Assembly: GCA_038060895.1 (NCBI GenBank) | Contig: JBBTCT010000022.1 | Location: 32,001 to 96,000 of the forward strand | Length of the DNA: 64,000 nt | Reading direction: 5' to 3' | DNA from: Planctomycetota bacterium | GTDB taxonomy: Bacteria; Planctomycetota; MHYJ01; WSZJ01 | Part shown: positions 41,177 through 51,269 of the stretch, one piece after another | How positions within the stretch are numbered: the stretch's first letter is position 1 | Layout of the letters: each line of letters opens with the position of its first letter | Notes under the pieces: model-generated | Database searches by the model: none | What the model saw: the letters and a program-made list of their open reading frames with translations, nothing else | What the model was told of the DNA's origin: nothing | Program-made: the position numbers and the translations under genes

Positions 41177-41195
41177 TACTTAACGGCATTAGCCA
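41177..41195. promoter_or_regulatory. operator palindrome, site 5 (marR/thiolase-operon divergent region)
   Basis: TACTTAA-CGGCA-TTAGCCA. Confidence 0.65.
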
Positions 41196-41413
41196 GGGAC
41201 AGCGTGAAGTTGCGCAGAAGGTGCGGGAAACCGCGCGAGCGCCGGATGTCAGAATCCGCACTTTTGCCGGGGATTCGGCGTTCACGGCCGTTTCCGGTCC
41301 TCTCCTTTCGTGGCTCGGAATTTCCATGAGCATCGCGGGATCGCAGAGATTGCGCAGGTCCGGGTGAAAGACCTCGGACGCGCCCGCCGTCGAACCAGGA
41401 GGCCCGTCAAACG

Positions 41414-42730
41414 ATGACGATTTCGGAAGGGCCTTCGATCCTGGCCGTCGCGGCCCGGATTCCCCCGTACGAATTGCGGGCCGCCGACGTCGCGCGGGCG
41501 TGCGGCCGGCCCCCGGGACCCGGATCCCGCCGGTTCGGGTCATGGGACGAGGACGCATTCACCCTGGCCTTCGCCGCGGCCGATCGGTGCCTCGACGTCG
41601 CGGGCCGTCCGGAAGTGCGTTCCCTGCTTGTTGCGTCCACCACCTGGCCCCAGGCCGTCGCACCGCAGGCCGAACGCCTCGCGACCGCGCTGGACCTGAA
41701 GCCCGACGTCGAGACCGCAACCCTCGCCGGATCTCTCCGCGGCGGAGTCGCGGCCCTTCGCATCGCCCTGGGCGGCGCGCGGCTCCCGGCCCTCGTGGTT
41801 GCAGCCGAGCGCATGGACCGGCCAGCGGGAAACGACGCGGAAGCGTCCGTGGGCGACGCCGGAGTCGCCATCCTCGTCGGCCACGGCGGATTCGCGCGGC
41901 TGGAGCGATGGACGACTCGAAGCGAGGCGGCGGCGTGGGACTCCGCCGATGTGCGCTTCCTGCAGGAGCAGGCGGCGCGGCTCGTCTCCGGGGCGCCTCG
42001 CGAAGGATGTTCGCGCGCGGCGATCTCGGCGCCCGGGAGCCGCCTCGCTCGTGCGGCGGCGCAGAAACTCGGACTGCCGGGCACCGACGCGGCGATGGAC
42101 CGGATTGGTTTCTGCGGCGCGGCGCACCCGCTTCTGGCGCTCGTGGAAGCGATGGAAGGCGCGCGCCCGGGCGAACCGGTGCTGTGGGCGGCCTGCACGG
42201 AGGGACTCGACGCCGCGGTCCTGCACGTTACCGGGGCGGCGGTCGGGAAGTCCTTTGCCGAAGGGCTGGAGCGGGCGACGCCCGTGGCGGAATACGGGAA
42301 GTGGCTCGCCTCGAGGCGCTTCTTTGAAACGGAAGCATCGCGGGAGGTGTTCCGTTCTCCTGCGATGGAACATCGCGACGAAGAGCATCTCCTGCGGCTG
42401 CACGCGGCGAAGTGCAAGGCGTGCGGCCGGCTGGACGCCTTGCCCGGGCCCTGCTGTCCCGCGTGCGGCGAACCGCGCGGGACCGGGCGCGTTCCGCTTC
42501 GCAGGACGGGAACGGTCTTCACGTTCACGCACGAGTCGTACGTGCCGACGCCGTGGCCGCCGGTGACCATGGCGGTGGTGGACCTGGACGGCGGCGGCAG
42601 GATCCTGGTCCCGGCCGCGGACGTTTCTCCGGAAGCCGTGCGCATCGGCCTGCGAGTCCGGCTCGTGCTCCGGCGCCTGCACATGGGCGGCGGGGTGCCG
42701 AACTACTACTGGAAGGCGGTCCCCGAATGA
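41414..42730 (+). CDS. HMG-CoA-synthase-like domain fused to a DUF35 Zn-ribbon/OB-fold domain
   Basis: DEDAFTLA near the N-terminus; CKACG..CPAC, GTVFTFT and YYWKA at the C-terminus. Confidence 0.82.
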   Translation: MTISEGPSILAVAARIPPYELRAADVARACGRPPGPGSRRFGSWDEDAFTLAFAAADRCLDVAGRPEVRSLLVASTTWPQAVAPQAERLATALDLKPDVETATLAGSLRGGVAALRIALGGARLPALVVAAERMDRPAGNDAEASVGDAGVAILVGHGGFARLERWTTRSEAAAWDSADVRFLQEQAARLVSGAPREGCSRAAISAPGSRLARAAAQKLGLPGTDAAMDRIGFCGAAHPLLALVEAMEGARPGEPVLWAACTEGLDAAVLHVTGAAVGKSFAEGLERATPVAEYGKWLASRRFFETEASREVFRSPAMEHRDEEHLLRLHAAKCKACGRLDALPGPCCPACGEPRGTGRVPLRRTGTVFTFTHESYVPTPWPPVTMAVVDLDGGGRILVPAADVSPEAVRIGLRVRLVLRRLHMGGGVPNYYWKAVPE

Positions 42731-43899
42731 GCGGCCGCGTGGCCATCGTCGGTGCGGGGTGCACGCCCTTCGGCGAGCATTTCGATCTCAGCTACACGGA
42801 CCTCGCCGCCGCGGCGTGCCGCGAAGCGCTGGGCGAGGCGGGAATGCGGCCGCGCGACGTCGGCGCGGCGTGGCTCGGGACGGCGTTTCCGGATGTCGGC
42901 GTCTTCCGCGGGCGATCGGGGATGGATCTGGTGGAAGCGCTGGGGCTCGGGGCGTGCCCTGTGACGCGCGTCTCGAACTACTGCGCGACCGGCGGCGACG
43001 CGATCCGTAACGCGGCGAATGCGCTTCTCGCAGGGGACTGCGACATCGCGCTCGCGGTGGGGGTGGAGAAGCAGAGGGATCGCCCGCCGCAGGAGAGCAT
43101 CGTCAAGCTGATGGTGGAGACCGGGCATCCCTACTACCAGAAGGGTTTCACGGCGGCGGGGACGTTCGCGGTGTTCGCGGTGCGGCGGATGAAGGAGTTC
43201 GGGCTGAAGCGCGAGGATCTCGCGGCGGTCTCGGTGAAAAATCATGCGCATGCGGCGGGGAATCCGCGGGCGCACCACAGGAAAGCGGTCACGGTGGAAC
43301 AGGTGCTCGCGTCCGCGCCCGTCGCCTGGCCGCTGACTCTTCTCGACTGCTGTCCGACGACCGACGGCGCGGCGGCGGTGGTGCTGGTGCGGGAGGAGGA
43401 CGCGAAGAAGTATCCGGGTCGTGTGCTCGTCGCAGGAGTGGGGTTTGCGGTGACGTCGGGGTGGGACGCGCCGTTCCACGATCCGGCGTTTGATTTCATT
43501 GGATTCCCGGCGGTCCGCGAGGCGGCGCGGATCGCGTACGCGCGCGCGGGGATCGGCAACCCGGCGCGGGACGTGCACGTCGCGGAAGTGCACGACTGCT
43601 TCACGATCAACGAACTGATCGCGTGCGAGGACCTCGGGTTCTGCGGGCGCGGGGAGTCGGCGAAGCTGATCGCGGACGGGGTGACGAAGCTGGGCGGGAA
43701 ACTGCCGGTGAATCCCGGCGGCGGGCTGCTCTCGTGCGGGCATCCCGTGGGCGCGACCGGCGTGCGCATGGTGCACGACGTCGTGAGGCAGCTTCAGGGG
43801 AAGGCGGGGAAGTGCCAGGTGCCCGGCGCGCGGGTCGGGCTGACGCAGAACATCGGTGGGCCGGGGGCGGTGGCGTTCGTGTCGGTGCTGACCACATGA
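42727..43899 (+). CDS. SCP2/archaeal-type thiolase (IaaA-like)
   Basis: NYCATG, EVHDCF, GHPVGATG. Confidence 0.9.
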   Translation: MSGRVAIVGAGCTPFGEHFDLSYTDLAAAACREALGEAGMRPRDVGAAWLGTAFPDVGVFRGRSGMDLVEALGLGACPVTRVSNYCATGGDAIRNAANALLAGDCDIALAVGVEKQRDRPPQESIVKLMVETGHPYYQKGFTAAGTFAVFAVRRMKEFGLKREDLAAVSVKNHAHAAGNPRAHHRKAVTVEQVLASAPVAWPLTLLDCCPTTDGAAAVVLVREEDAKKYPGRVLVAGVGFAVTSGWDAPFHDPAFDFIGFPAVREAARIAYARAGIGNPARDVHVAEVHDCFTINELIACEDLGFCGRGESAKLIADGVTKLGGKLPVNPGGGLLSCGHPVGATGVRMVHDVVRQLQGKAGKCQVPGARVGLTQNIGGPGAVAFVSVLTT

Positions 43900-44324
43900 C
43901 GAAACCCCCTTCCGGCGCGCGTCCGCCGCGCGTCCTCGTCGCCAAGCCCGGCCTCGACGGGCACGACAAGGGCGCGAAGGTGGTCGTGCAGGCTCTTCGC
44001 GACGCAGGGATGGAGGTCATCTACTCGGGTCTGCACGCGTCGCCTGAGGCGGTCGTGAAGGCGGCGATCGAGGAGGACGTGGACGTGGTCGGGCTGAGCG
44101 TGCTGTCAGGGGCGCACCTGCCGATCTGCCGGCGCGTCTGCGACGGCCTCCGCGGGACCGGAAAGGCGGTGGTGCTCGGCGGCGTGGTGCCGCAGGGCGA
44201 CGAGGCCGAGTTGCGCGCGATGGGGGTCGAAGCGGTGTTCCGCATGGGCGCCCCGTTCGAGGAGATCGCCGAGTGGATCCGTCACAGGACCGGAAAGTCG
44301 TCGCCGAGTCCGGCTTCGAAATAA
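43896..44324 (+). CDS. acyl-CoA mutase cobalamin-binding subunit
   Basis: KPGLDGHDKG (DxHxxG), GLSVLSGAH. Confidence 0.93.
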   Translation: MTKPPSGARPPRVLVAKPGLDGHDKGAKVVVQALRDAGMEVIYSGLHASPEAVVKAAIEEDVDVVGLSVLSGAHLPICRRVCDGLRGTGKAVVLGGVVPQGDEAELRAMGVEAVFRMGAPFEEIAEWIRHRTGKSSPSPASK

Positions 44325-45862
44325 AGCCGGTCTACACGGCCGCCGACGCCGCGGGACTCGATCCCGGACGGCCGGGGGAGTTTCCGTTCACGCGCGGCAT
44401 CCACCCGCAGATGTACCGGAAGCAGCCGTGGACGATGCGCCAGTACGCGGGGTTCGGGACGCCCGCGCAGACCAACGAGCGGTTCCGCTCCCTCATCGCG
44501 CACGGGCAGAACGCCCTGAACGTGGCGTTCGATCTTCCGACGCAGCTCGGGCTCGACTCGGACGACCCGCGGGCGGAAGGAGAGGTCGGGCGGGTCGGGA
44601 TGGCCGTGGACACGCTGGACGACATGGAGCGGGCCTTCGAGGGGATCCCGCTCGGCAAAGTGTCGACGGCGCTGACCATCAACGCGCCGGCCCTCGTCAT
44701 GCTCGCGATGCACCTCGCGGCGGCGGAGAAACAGGGCGTCCCGGCCACCGAGGTCCGCGGAACGCTTCAGAATGACATCCTCAAGGAGTTCATCGGCCGC
44801 GGCGCCTGGATCTACCCCGCGGGTCCCTCGGTCCGCCTCGTCGCCGACTCGATCGAGTACTGCGCGAAGTCCGCGCCGAAATACAACGCCGTCTCCGTCT
44901 GCGGTTACCACCTGCGCGAGAGCGGCGCGACCCCGGCCGAGGAAATGGCGCTCGCGTTCGAAATCGCCCGCGCCTACCTCGACTCCGCGATCGCCCGCGG
45001 CGTCACCGTCGACGACGTGGCCGGCAAGATCACCTTCAACCTCAACGTCTTCGGCAACCTCTGGGAACAGGTCGCGAAATTCCGGGCGGGGCGGAAGCGA
45101 TGGGCCTCGATCGTGCGCGACGAGTACCGCGCGAAGGAACCGAAGTCCGCGCAGCTGCGCATGCTCGCGGGCGGCGGCGGCGGCGGCCTGACCATCGAGG
45201 AGCCCGAGAACAACATCGTCCGCGGCGCCTATTACGCCCTCGCCGCGGCCCTCGGCGGCGCGCAGACGATGGCCCTCTGCTGCTACGACGAGGCCTACAG
45301 CATCCCCACCGAAAAGGCGTCCCTCCTCTCTCTCCGCACCATGCAGATCCTCGCCGAGGAGGTCGGCCTCTGCGACACCGCGGACCCGCTCGGCGGATCG
45401 TATTTCGTGGAAGCGCTGACGGCGGAGATGGAGAAGAAGATCGTCGCGGCCGAGAAAGAAGTGCGTGCGCTGGGAGGCGTGGTGAAAGCGATCGAAGACG
45501 GGACGATCCAGCGGAAGCTCGCGCGCCAGGCCTACGAGTCGGAGAAGCGGCTCCGCTCGGGCGAGACGCCGAAAGTGGGGGTCAACCGCCACGCCGTCGC
45601 GGGCGCGCCCGCGCCGAAGGTCGAGACGCACCCGTACGACTCCGCCTCCGCAGACCGGAAAATCGGCGACCTGCGTGCCCTTCGCGCCCGCCGTTCGTCC
45701 GACGCGGTCCGCGCTTCCCTCGACGCCGTCCGCCGCGCCGCGGCCGGAACGGCAAACCTGGTGCCGCCGATCCTCGAGGCCGTGAAGGCCCGCGCGACCG
45801 TGGGCGAAATCTGCGGCACGCTCAAGGACGTCTTCGGCGAATTCCGGGAGCCGAGATTCTGA
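44273..45862 (+). CDS. B12-dependent acyl-CoA mutase large subunit (IaaG/H-like)
   Basis: WTMRQYAGF, FDLPTQ, QNDILKEF, GYHLRE, DPLGGSY. Confidence 0.92.
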   Translation: MDPSQDRKVVAESGFEIKPVYTAADAAGLDPGRPGEFPFTRGIHPQMYRKQPWTMRQYAGFGTPAQTNERFRSLIAHGQNALNVAFDLPTQLGLDSDDPRAEGEVGRVGMAVDTLDDMERAFEGIPLGKVSTALTINAPALVMLAMHLAAAEKQGVPATEVRGTLQNDILKEFIGRGAWIYPAGPSVRLVADSIEYCAKSAPKYNAVSVCGYHLRESGATPAEEMALAFEIARAYLDSAIARGVTVDDVAGKITFNLNVFGNLWEQVAKFRAGRKRWASIVRDEYRAKEPKSAQLRMLAGGGGGGLTIEEPENNIVRGAYYALAAALGGAQTMALCCYDEAYSIPTEKASLLSLRTMQILAEEVGLCDTADPLGGSYFVEALTAEMEKKIVAAEKEVRALGGVVKAIEDGTIQRKLARQAYESEKRLRSGETPKVGVNRHAVAGAPAPKVETHPYDSASADRKIGDLRALRARRSSDAVRASLDAVRRAAAGTANLVPPILEAVKARATVGEICGTLKDVFGEFREPRF

Positions 45863-47034
45863 TGCTCAAAGGATTCCGCATCCTCGACCTGACCCGCATG
45901 CTGGCGGGCCCGTACGCTTCCATGATCCTCGGCGATCTCGGCGCGGAGGTCGTGAAGATCGAGCCCCCCGAAGGCGACGAGATCCGGAAGATGGGGCCGC
46001 CGTTCGTGAAGGGGGAGTCCGCGTACTTCATGGCGGTCAACCGAAACAAGAAGTCCGTCGTGCTCGACCTGCGCGACCCGGCCGCGCGCGCCGCCTTCGA
46101 CCGGCTCGCCGCGAAAGCGGACGTCGTCCTCGATAACTTCCGCCCCGGAGTCATGGACCGTCTCGGGATCGGCCACACCCGCCTCCATGAGGTAAACCCG
46201 CGCCTCGTCCTCTGCTCGCTCACGTCGTTCGGCGAGGAAGGCCCGATGCGCGATCTTCCCGCGTTCGACCTCATCGTGCAGGCCTGGTCGGGAGCGCTTT
46301 CGCTGACGGGCGAGCCGGGCGGTTCCCCAGCGCGGCTCGGCATCCCGATGGGAGATCTCGCCGGCGGCATGTACTCCACAGTCGCGATCCTCGGGGCGCT
46401 TCTCGAGCGCACGAAAACCGGCAAGGGCCGCAGGCTGGAACTCTCGCTTCTCGACTGTCTCACCGCCATGACGACGTACCTCGCCCAGTACTGGTTCGCC
46501 GACGGAAAAGTCCCGGGCCCGCAGGGGACCCGGCACCTCTCCGTCGTCCCCTACGGCGCGTACGAGGCCGCCGACGGCTGCCTCGTGGTCGGCGTCTTCA
46601 CGGAGCGCTTCTGGCAGGGTTTCTGCCGCGCGCTCGGTCGGCCGGAGTGGGAGCTGGATCCGCGCTGGAGCGCGAACGAGTTGCGCGTGAAGAACCGGAA
46701 GGAACTCGAAGCGCTGATTGCGGAAACGCTCGCGGCGCTTCCCGTTCAGGAATGGCTGACGCGCCTCAATGCGGAAGGGGTTCCTGCCGCGCCTGTCCTC
46801 ACTCTCGACCGGACGCTCGGCCTCGAACAGCTCCTCCTGCGGGGCATGGTCCAGCGCTTCACACACCCGGTCGCCGGAGACGTCCCGACGCTGGGCGACC
46901 CGATCCTCCGGGGGCGCCCGGGGCCGCCGCCGCTGCTGGGGGAGCACACCGAATCCGTACTTCGCGAAATCGCGGGACTGTCCGCGGCCGAAGCGGCGGC
47001 GCTCGCGAAAGGGGGGCGCGCCGCGGCGCGTTGA
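45862..47034 (+). CDS. family III (CaiB/BaiF) CoA transferase
   Basis: DLTRMLAGP, NRNKKS, NFRPG, PAFD. Confidence 0.93.
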   Translation: MLKGFRILDLTRMLAGPYASMILGDLGAEVVKIEPPEGDEIRKMGPPFVKGESAYFMAVNRNKKSVVLDLRDPAARAAFDRLAAKADVVLDNFRPGVMDRLGIGHTRLHEVNPRLVLCSLTSFGEEGPMRDLPAFDLIVQAWSGALSLTGEPGGSPARLGIPMGDLAGGMYSTVAILGALLERTKTGKGRRLELSLLDCLTAMTTYLAQYWFADGKVPGPQGTRHLSVVPYGAYEAADGCLVVGVFTERFWQGFCRALGRPEWELDPRWSANELRVKNRKELEALIAETLAALPVQEWLTRLNAEGVPAAPVLTLDRTLGLEQLLLRGMVQRFTHPVAGDVPTLGDPILRGRPGPPPLLGEHTESVLREIAGLSAAEAAALAKGGRAAAR

Positions 47035-47040
47035 CCCCGA

Positions 47041-47059
47041 TGATGAAGCACATTAACCT
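47041..47059. promoter_or_regulatory. operator palindrome, site 6 (degenerate)
   Basis: TGATGAA-GCACA-TTAACCT; the reverse complement shares TTAATGTGCTT with site 7. Confidence 0.5.
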
Positions 47060-47098
47060 TCTTGTGAGGCGGCGGCCCGCAACATTCCGGAGCCCGGC

Positions 47099-49150
47099 AT
47101 GCGCATAGGAATCGACGTCGGCGGCACATTCACGGACGTCATCGGGATCGACCGCGAAGCCCGGGTGACGGTGCGGAAGACGTACACCACGCCGGCGGAC
47201 CCGTCGGAGGGAGTCGTGACGGGGATCGGGAAGCTGCTGGCGGCCGCCGGCGCGACGGCCCGTGACGCGGAGCTCGTCGTGCACGGGACGACGATCGGCA
47301 CCAACGCGCTCCTGACGCGGAACGGCGTGAAGACGGGCATGCTCACGACGGCCGGCTTTCGCGACGTCCTCGAGATCGGCCGGGTGCAGCGCCCCGCCGC
47401 GGGCCTGTACGACATCAACGTGGACAATCCTCCGCCTCTCGTACCCCGGGCGCTCCGGCTTGAGGCCGTCGAGCGTGTCGGGAGCAAAGGCGAGGTGGTC
47501 ACGCCGCTCGACGAGGCGTCCGTCCGCGTCGCGGCCGGTGTCTTCCGCGTCGAAAAAGTCCGCGCCGTCGCCGTCTGCTTCCTCTTCTCGTTTCTCAATC
47601 CGTCGCACGAAAGACGCGCCCGCGAGATCCTCGCGAAGGAACTCCCCGGGGTTTACGTCGCGATTTCGAGCGACGTGTGCCCCGAGTTCCGCGAATTCGA
47701 GCGCTCTTCGACCGTCGTGATCAGCGCTTACCTCGCGCCGATCGTGGAGTCGTACGTGGAAAGGCTGTCGAAACGCCTTGCGGACAGCTACCCGTCGACG
47801 CAACTGCGGCTGGTGCAGGCGAACGGCGGCGCGATGCGGGCGGCGGCGGCGAAGGGACGCGCGGTGCACCTCGTCAATTCGGGGCCGGCCGGGGGCGCGA
47901 CGGCGGCGGCCTGGCTCGGGCGGCTGACCGACGAACCGCAGATCGTCGCGGTGGACATGGGCGGGACATCGTTCGACATCAGCCTCATCGCGGAGGGAGT
48001 GGCGCACGTCACGACGACCGCGAAGTTCGACGGCTACCCGATCAAGATCGCCATGGACGACGTCAACGTCATCGGCGCCGGCGGCGGGTCGATCGCCTGG
48101 GTCGACCGCGGCGGCGCCCTCTGCGTCGGCCCCCAGAGCGCCTCCGCTGTCCCCGGCCCCGCCTGCTACGGCCGCGGCGGCGCCGAGCCCACCGTCACCG
48201 ACGCCAACGTCGCCCTCGGCCGCATCAGCCCCGGGTACTTCCTCGGCGGCGAAATCGCCCTCCGAAAGGACCTCGCCGAGAAAGTCATCCGCGACCGCGT
48301 CGCCGGACCCCTCGGCCTTTCCTTCGAGGAGGCCGCCTTCGGAATCCTCCGCGTCGTCAACGCGAACATGGCCAAGGGCATCGCCGCCGTCTCCACACAG
48401 CGCGGCCACGACCCCCGCGAGTTCTCCCTCCTCGCCTTCGGCGGCGCAGGGCCGCTTCACGCGGTAGAAATGGGCCTGGACCTGGCCATGAAGCGCGTCC
48501 TGATCCCGCCTTACCCGGGCGCCTTCTCGGCGTTCGGGTTGCTCGTCGCGGACACGCGCCACGATTTCACCCGCACGGTGATGATTTCGCAGGAAGACCT
48601 GGACCCGGCCGCCCTCGGGAGGACTTTCGCAGAGCTGGAGGAACGCGGCGTCGCGGAGCTGGAAGCGGACGGGATCGCGAGGAAGGACCGCCGGGTGCTC
48701 TGGTCCGCGGACCTGCGCTTCGAGGGACAGTCGTACGAGCTGAACGTGCCGGTGGGGCGGAAACCGAAGCCCGACGTGGAGTCGATGCTGACGGAGTTCG
48801 AGAAGCTGCACGAGCGGATCTACGCGTTCAAGGCCGTGGACGAACGGACGGTGGTGGTGAACCTGCGCGTCACGGCGATCGGCGTCACGCCGGAGATCGA
48901 CCTGCCGCGGCCGGCGAAGGGCACGAAGGACGCGAAAGGGGCGTTGAAGGGGAGGCGGAAGGTGTACTTCGGCGGGAAAGGGTGGGTGGACTCGGGGATC
49001 TACGAGCGGGCGAAGCTGAAGGCGGGGAACGTCGTCGCCGGCCCCGCCGTGGTGGAGGAGGAAATCTCATGCACCGTGGTGCCGCCGGGACTGTCGCTGC
49101 TCGTGGACGCGTTCGGGGTGCTGGTCGTGGACCTGGAGGGAACGCGATGA
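47099..49150 (+). CDS. hydantoinase/oxoprolinase subunit A (ATP-dependent lactam hydrolase)
   Basis: DVGGTFTD, SGPAGG, DMGGTSFD, GAGGGS, PTVTDAN. Confidence 0.93.
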   Translation: MRIGIDVGGTFTDVIGIDREARVTVRKTYTTPADPSEGVVTGIGKLLAAAGATARDAELVVHGTTIGTNALLTRNGVKTGMLTTAGFRDVLEIGRVQRPAAGLYDINVDNPPPLVPRALRLEAVERVGSKGEVVTPLDEASVRVAAGVFRVEKVRAVAVCFLFSFLNPSHERRAREILAKELPGVYVAISSDVCPEFREFERSSTVVISAYLAPIVESYVERLSKRLADSYPSTQLRLVQANGGAMRAAAAKGRAVHLVNSGPAGGATAAAWLGRLTDEPQIVAVDMGGTSFDISLIAEGVAHVTTTAKFDGYPIKIAMDDVNVIGAGGGSIAWVDRGGALCVGPQSASAVPGPACYGRGGAEPTVTDANVALGRISPGYFLGGEIALRKDLAEKVIRDRVAGPLGLSFEEAAFGILRVVNANMAKGIAAVSTQRGHDPREFSLLAFGGAGPLHAVEMGLDLAMKRVLIPPYPGAFSAFGLLVADTRHDFTRTVMISQEDLDPAALGRTFAELEERGVAELEADGIARKDRRVLWSADLRFEGQSYELNVPVGRKPKPDVESMLTEFEKLHERIYAFKAVDERTVVVNLRVTAIGVTPEIDLPRPAKGTKDAKGALKGRRKVYFGGKGWVDSGIYERAKLKAGNVVAGPAVVEEEISCTVVPPGLSLLVDAFGVLVVDLEGTR

Positions 49151-50787
49151 AATCCGACCCGGTCACGACGCAGGTCATCCGCTACCGCATGGAGTCGATC
49201 GCCGACGAAATGGGATTCACGCTCGTGCGGACGTCCCGCTCCACGGTGATCAAGGAAATCGAGGACATCTCGTGCGCGGTGTTCGACCGGCGCGGACGGA
49301 CGATCGCGCAGGGGCACCACGCGCCGATGCTGTTGACGGGATTCGAATTCACGATGGCCGCGCTCCTGGAACGCGTGAAGGACTGGGAGGAAGGGGACGT
49401 CGTGCTGTCGAACGACCCGTACCTCGGCGGGCAGCACCTGACGGACCTGCAGACGTTCTCGCCGGTTTTCTACAAAGGGAAGCTGTCGGGGTTCGTCGGC
49501 AACATCGCGCACCACTCGGACGTCGGCGGCTCTGCTCCCGGCACCGTCACCGGCGGGCTCACCGAGATCTTCCAGGAGGGCCTGCGCCTCCCGATGGTCA
49601 AGCTGTACCGCGCCGGCGTCGAAGCGCCGGACATCTTCGGCATCCTGCGCGCCAACATCCGCGTTCCCGACAAGACACTGGGCGACCTGCGCGCCCAGGC
49701 GGCGGCCGGATTCGTTGGCGTCCGGCGCCTCAAGGAAACGCTCGAGCGCTACGGCCCCGGCGTCGTCGAGGCCGCGACGGAAGAACTCATGGCCCACTCG
49801 GAGAAGCGGATCCGGGCGGCGCTTCGAGAAATCCCCGACGGGACCTACTCTGGCGAGGATTTCGTCGACGACGACGGGATCTCAGACCAGCCGATCCGGA
49901 TCTGCGTGAACGTCCGGAAAAAGGGCGACGGCGCGACTGTGGACTTCACCGGGTCGAGCCCGCAGGTGGTGGGAAACCTGAATTGCCCGATCGCGACGGC
50001 GCACGCCGCCGTCTACTACGCGCTGATCGCCGTCCTCGATCCCCACGTGCCGCCCAATTCCGGCTGCTACCGCCCCTTCAAGGTGGTCGCCGAAGAAGGA
50101 CTCGTCATGAACCCCCGCCCTCCCGCGGCGGTCCAGGCCCGCACGAACACCTCCCAGAAGATTTCCGAGGCCACGCTCCGCGCCCTCGCGCTCGCACTTC
50201 CCGACCGCGTCACGGCCGGCTCGCACGGGAACATCATGACCAACGCCTTCGCAGGCTGGTACCCGGGGACCCACAAGCGCTTCGTCTGCATCGACATCCA
50301 GGGCGGCGGCGCTGGTGCGCGCCCCACCAAGGACGGGCGCGACGGGCAGGACTCCCACCTCGCGCGCTTTATGAATACGCCCACCGAGGCCCAGGAACTG
50401 GAATACCCGCTTCGCGTCGAGCGGTACGAGTTCATCCCCGATACAGGCGGTGCCGGGAAGTACCGCGGCGCCCTCGCTCTCCGCCGCGACATCCGCGCCC
50501 TCTCGGACATGACCTTCTCGCGCTACGCCGACCGGCAGAAGTTCCCGCCCTTCGGCGTGCTGGGCGGCAAGGACGGCTCGTGCGGCGAAACGCGCATCAA
50601 CGGGAAAAAGACGAAAGCGAAGGGGATCGACCGCCTGAAGGCCGGTGACGTCGTGAGCCTTCTCACGCCCGGCGCGGGCGGCTACGGGAAGCCGGGCGAG
50701 CGCGATCCCGAGGCGGTCCGACGCGACGTCCGCGACGGAAAGGTCACCGCAGAAGCCGCTCGGCGCGATTACGGAATCGACTCATGA
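49147..50787 (+). CDS. hydantoinase B / oxoprolinase subunit
   Basis: NDPYLGGQHLTD, HHSDVGG, EIFQEGL, GGAGKYRG. Confidence 0.93.
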   Translation: MKSDPVTTQVIRYRMESIADEMGFTLVRTSRSTVIKEIEDISCAVFDRRGRTIAQGHHAPMLLTGFEFTMAALLERVKDWEEGDVVLSNDPYLGGQHLTDLQTFSPVFYKGKLSGFVGNIAHHSDVGGSAPGTVTGGLTEIFQEGLRLPMVKLYRAGVEAPDIFGILRANIRVPDKTLGDLRAQAAAGFVGVRRLKETLERYGPGVVEAATEELMAHSEKRIRAALREIPDGTYSGEDFVDDDGISDQPIRICVNVRKKGDGATVDFTGSSPQVVGNLNCPIATAHAAVYYALIAVLDPHVPPNSGCYRPFKVVAEEGLVMNPRPPAAVQARTNTSQKISEATLRALALALPDRVTAGSHGNIMTNAFAGWYPGTHKRFVCIDIQGGGAGARPTKDGRDGQDSHLARFMNTPTEAQELEYPLRVERYEFIPDTGGAGKYRGALALRRDIRALSDMTFSRYADRQKFPPFGVLGGKDGSCGETRINGKKTKAKGIDRLKAGDVVSLLTPGAGGYGKPGERDPEAVRRDVRDGKVTAEAARRDYGIDS

Positions 50788-51269
50788 GCGCGATTCCCGA
50801 CGGCCTCGCCTTCGAACCCGGCCGCATCACCCTTCGCGGCGTCCGCTTCCTCCTCGTCCGCCCCGAGACCCTCGTCGGTTTCCAGAAGGCGGTCGAGCAT
50901 GAAGCGGGTGAGATTGCGAAGCGCAGTCTGATGGCCGGCGGCATCGACGGCGGCGGCCGGTCCGCGCGGCGCCTGCGCGACGGCGGGCTGAAGGGCCGGG
51001 AGGTTGTCGAGGCGATGTGCCGCATGGGAACCGAGATCGGTTGGGGGAGGTTCCGCATCGAAGGATTCGCGGACGGCGGGTTCGAAATGGCGATCGAGTC
51101 GTCGCCGTACGCCGAGGCCTACGGGCCCTCGCCACATCCCGTCTGCCATTTCCTCGCGGGAGTCGCGCAGGGCATCGGGGAAGCGGTGTACGGCGCGGCG
51201 GCGGCCGAGGAGATCGCGTGCGCGAGTGCCGGGGCGCCGGCGTGCCGGTTCGAGGTGAAGAAGCGATGA
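50784..51269 (+). CDS. stand-alone V4R-domain protein
   Basis: GWGRF, PVCHF..G, EIACASAGAPACRF. Confidence 0.85.
   Translation: MSAIPDGLAFEPGRITLRGVRFLLVRPETLVGFQKAVEHEAGEIAKRSLMAGGIDGGGRSARRLRDGGLKGREVVEAMCRMGTEIGWGRFRIEGFADGGFEMAIESSPYAEAYGPSPHPVCHFLAGVAQGIGEAVYGAAAAEEIACASAGAPACRFEVKKR

Noticed and set aside
44273-45862. Housekeeping methylmalonyl-CoA mutase
   Set aside because: Altered active-site strand and catabolic context; no epimerase or carboxylase genes nearby.
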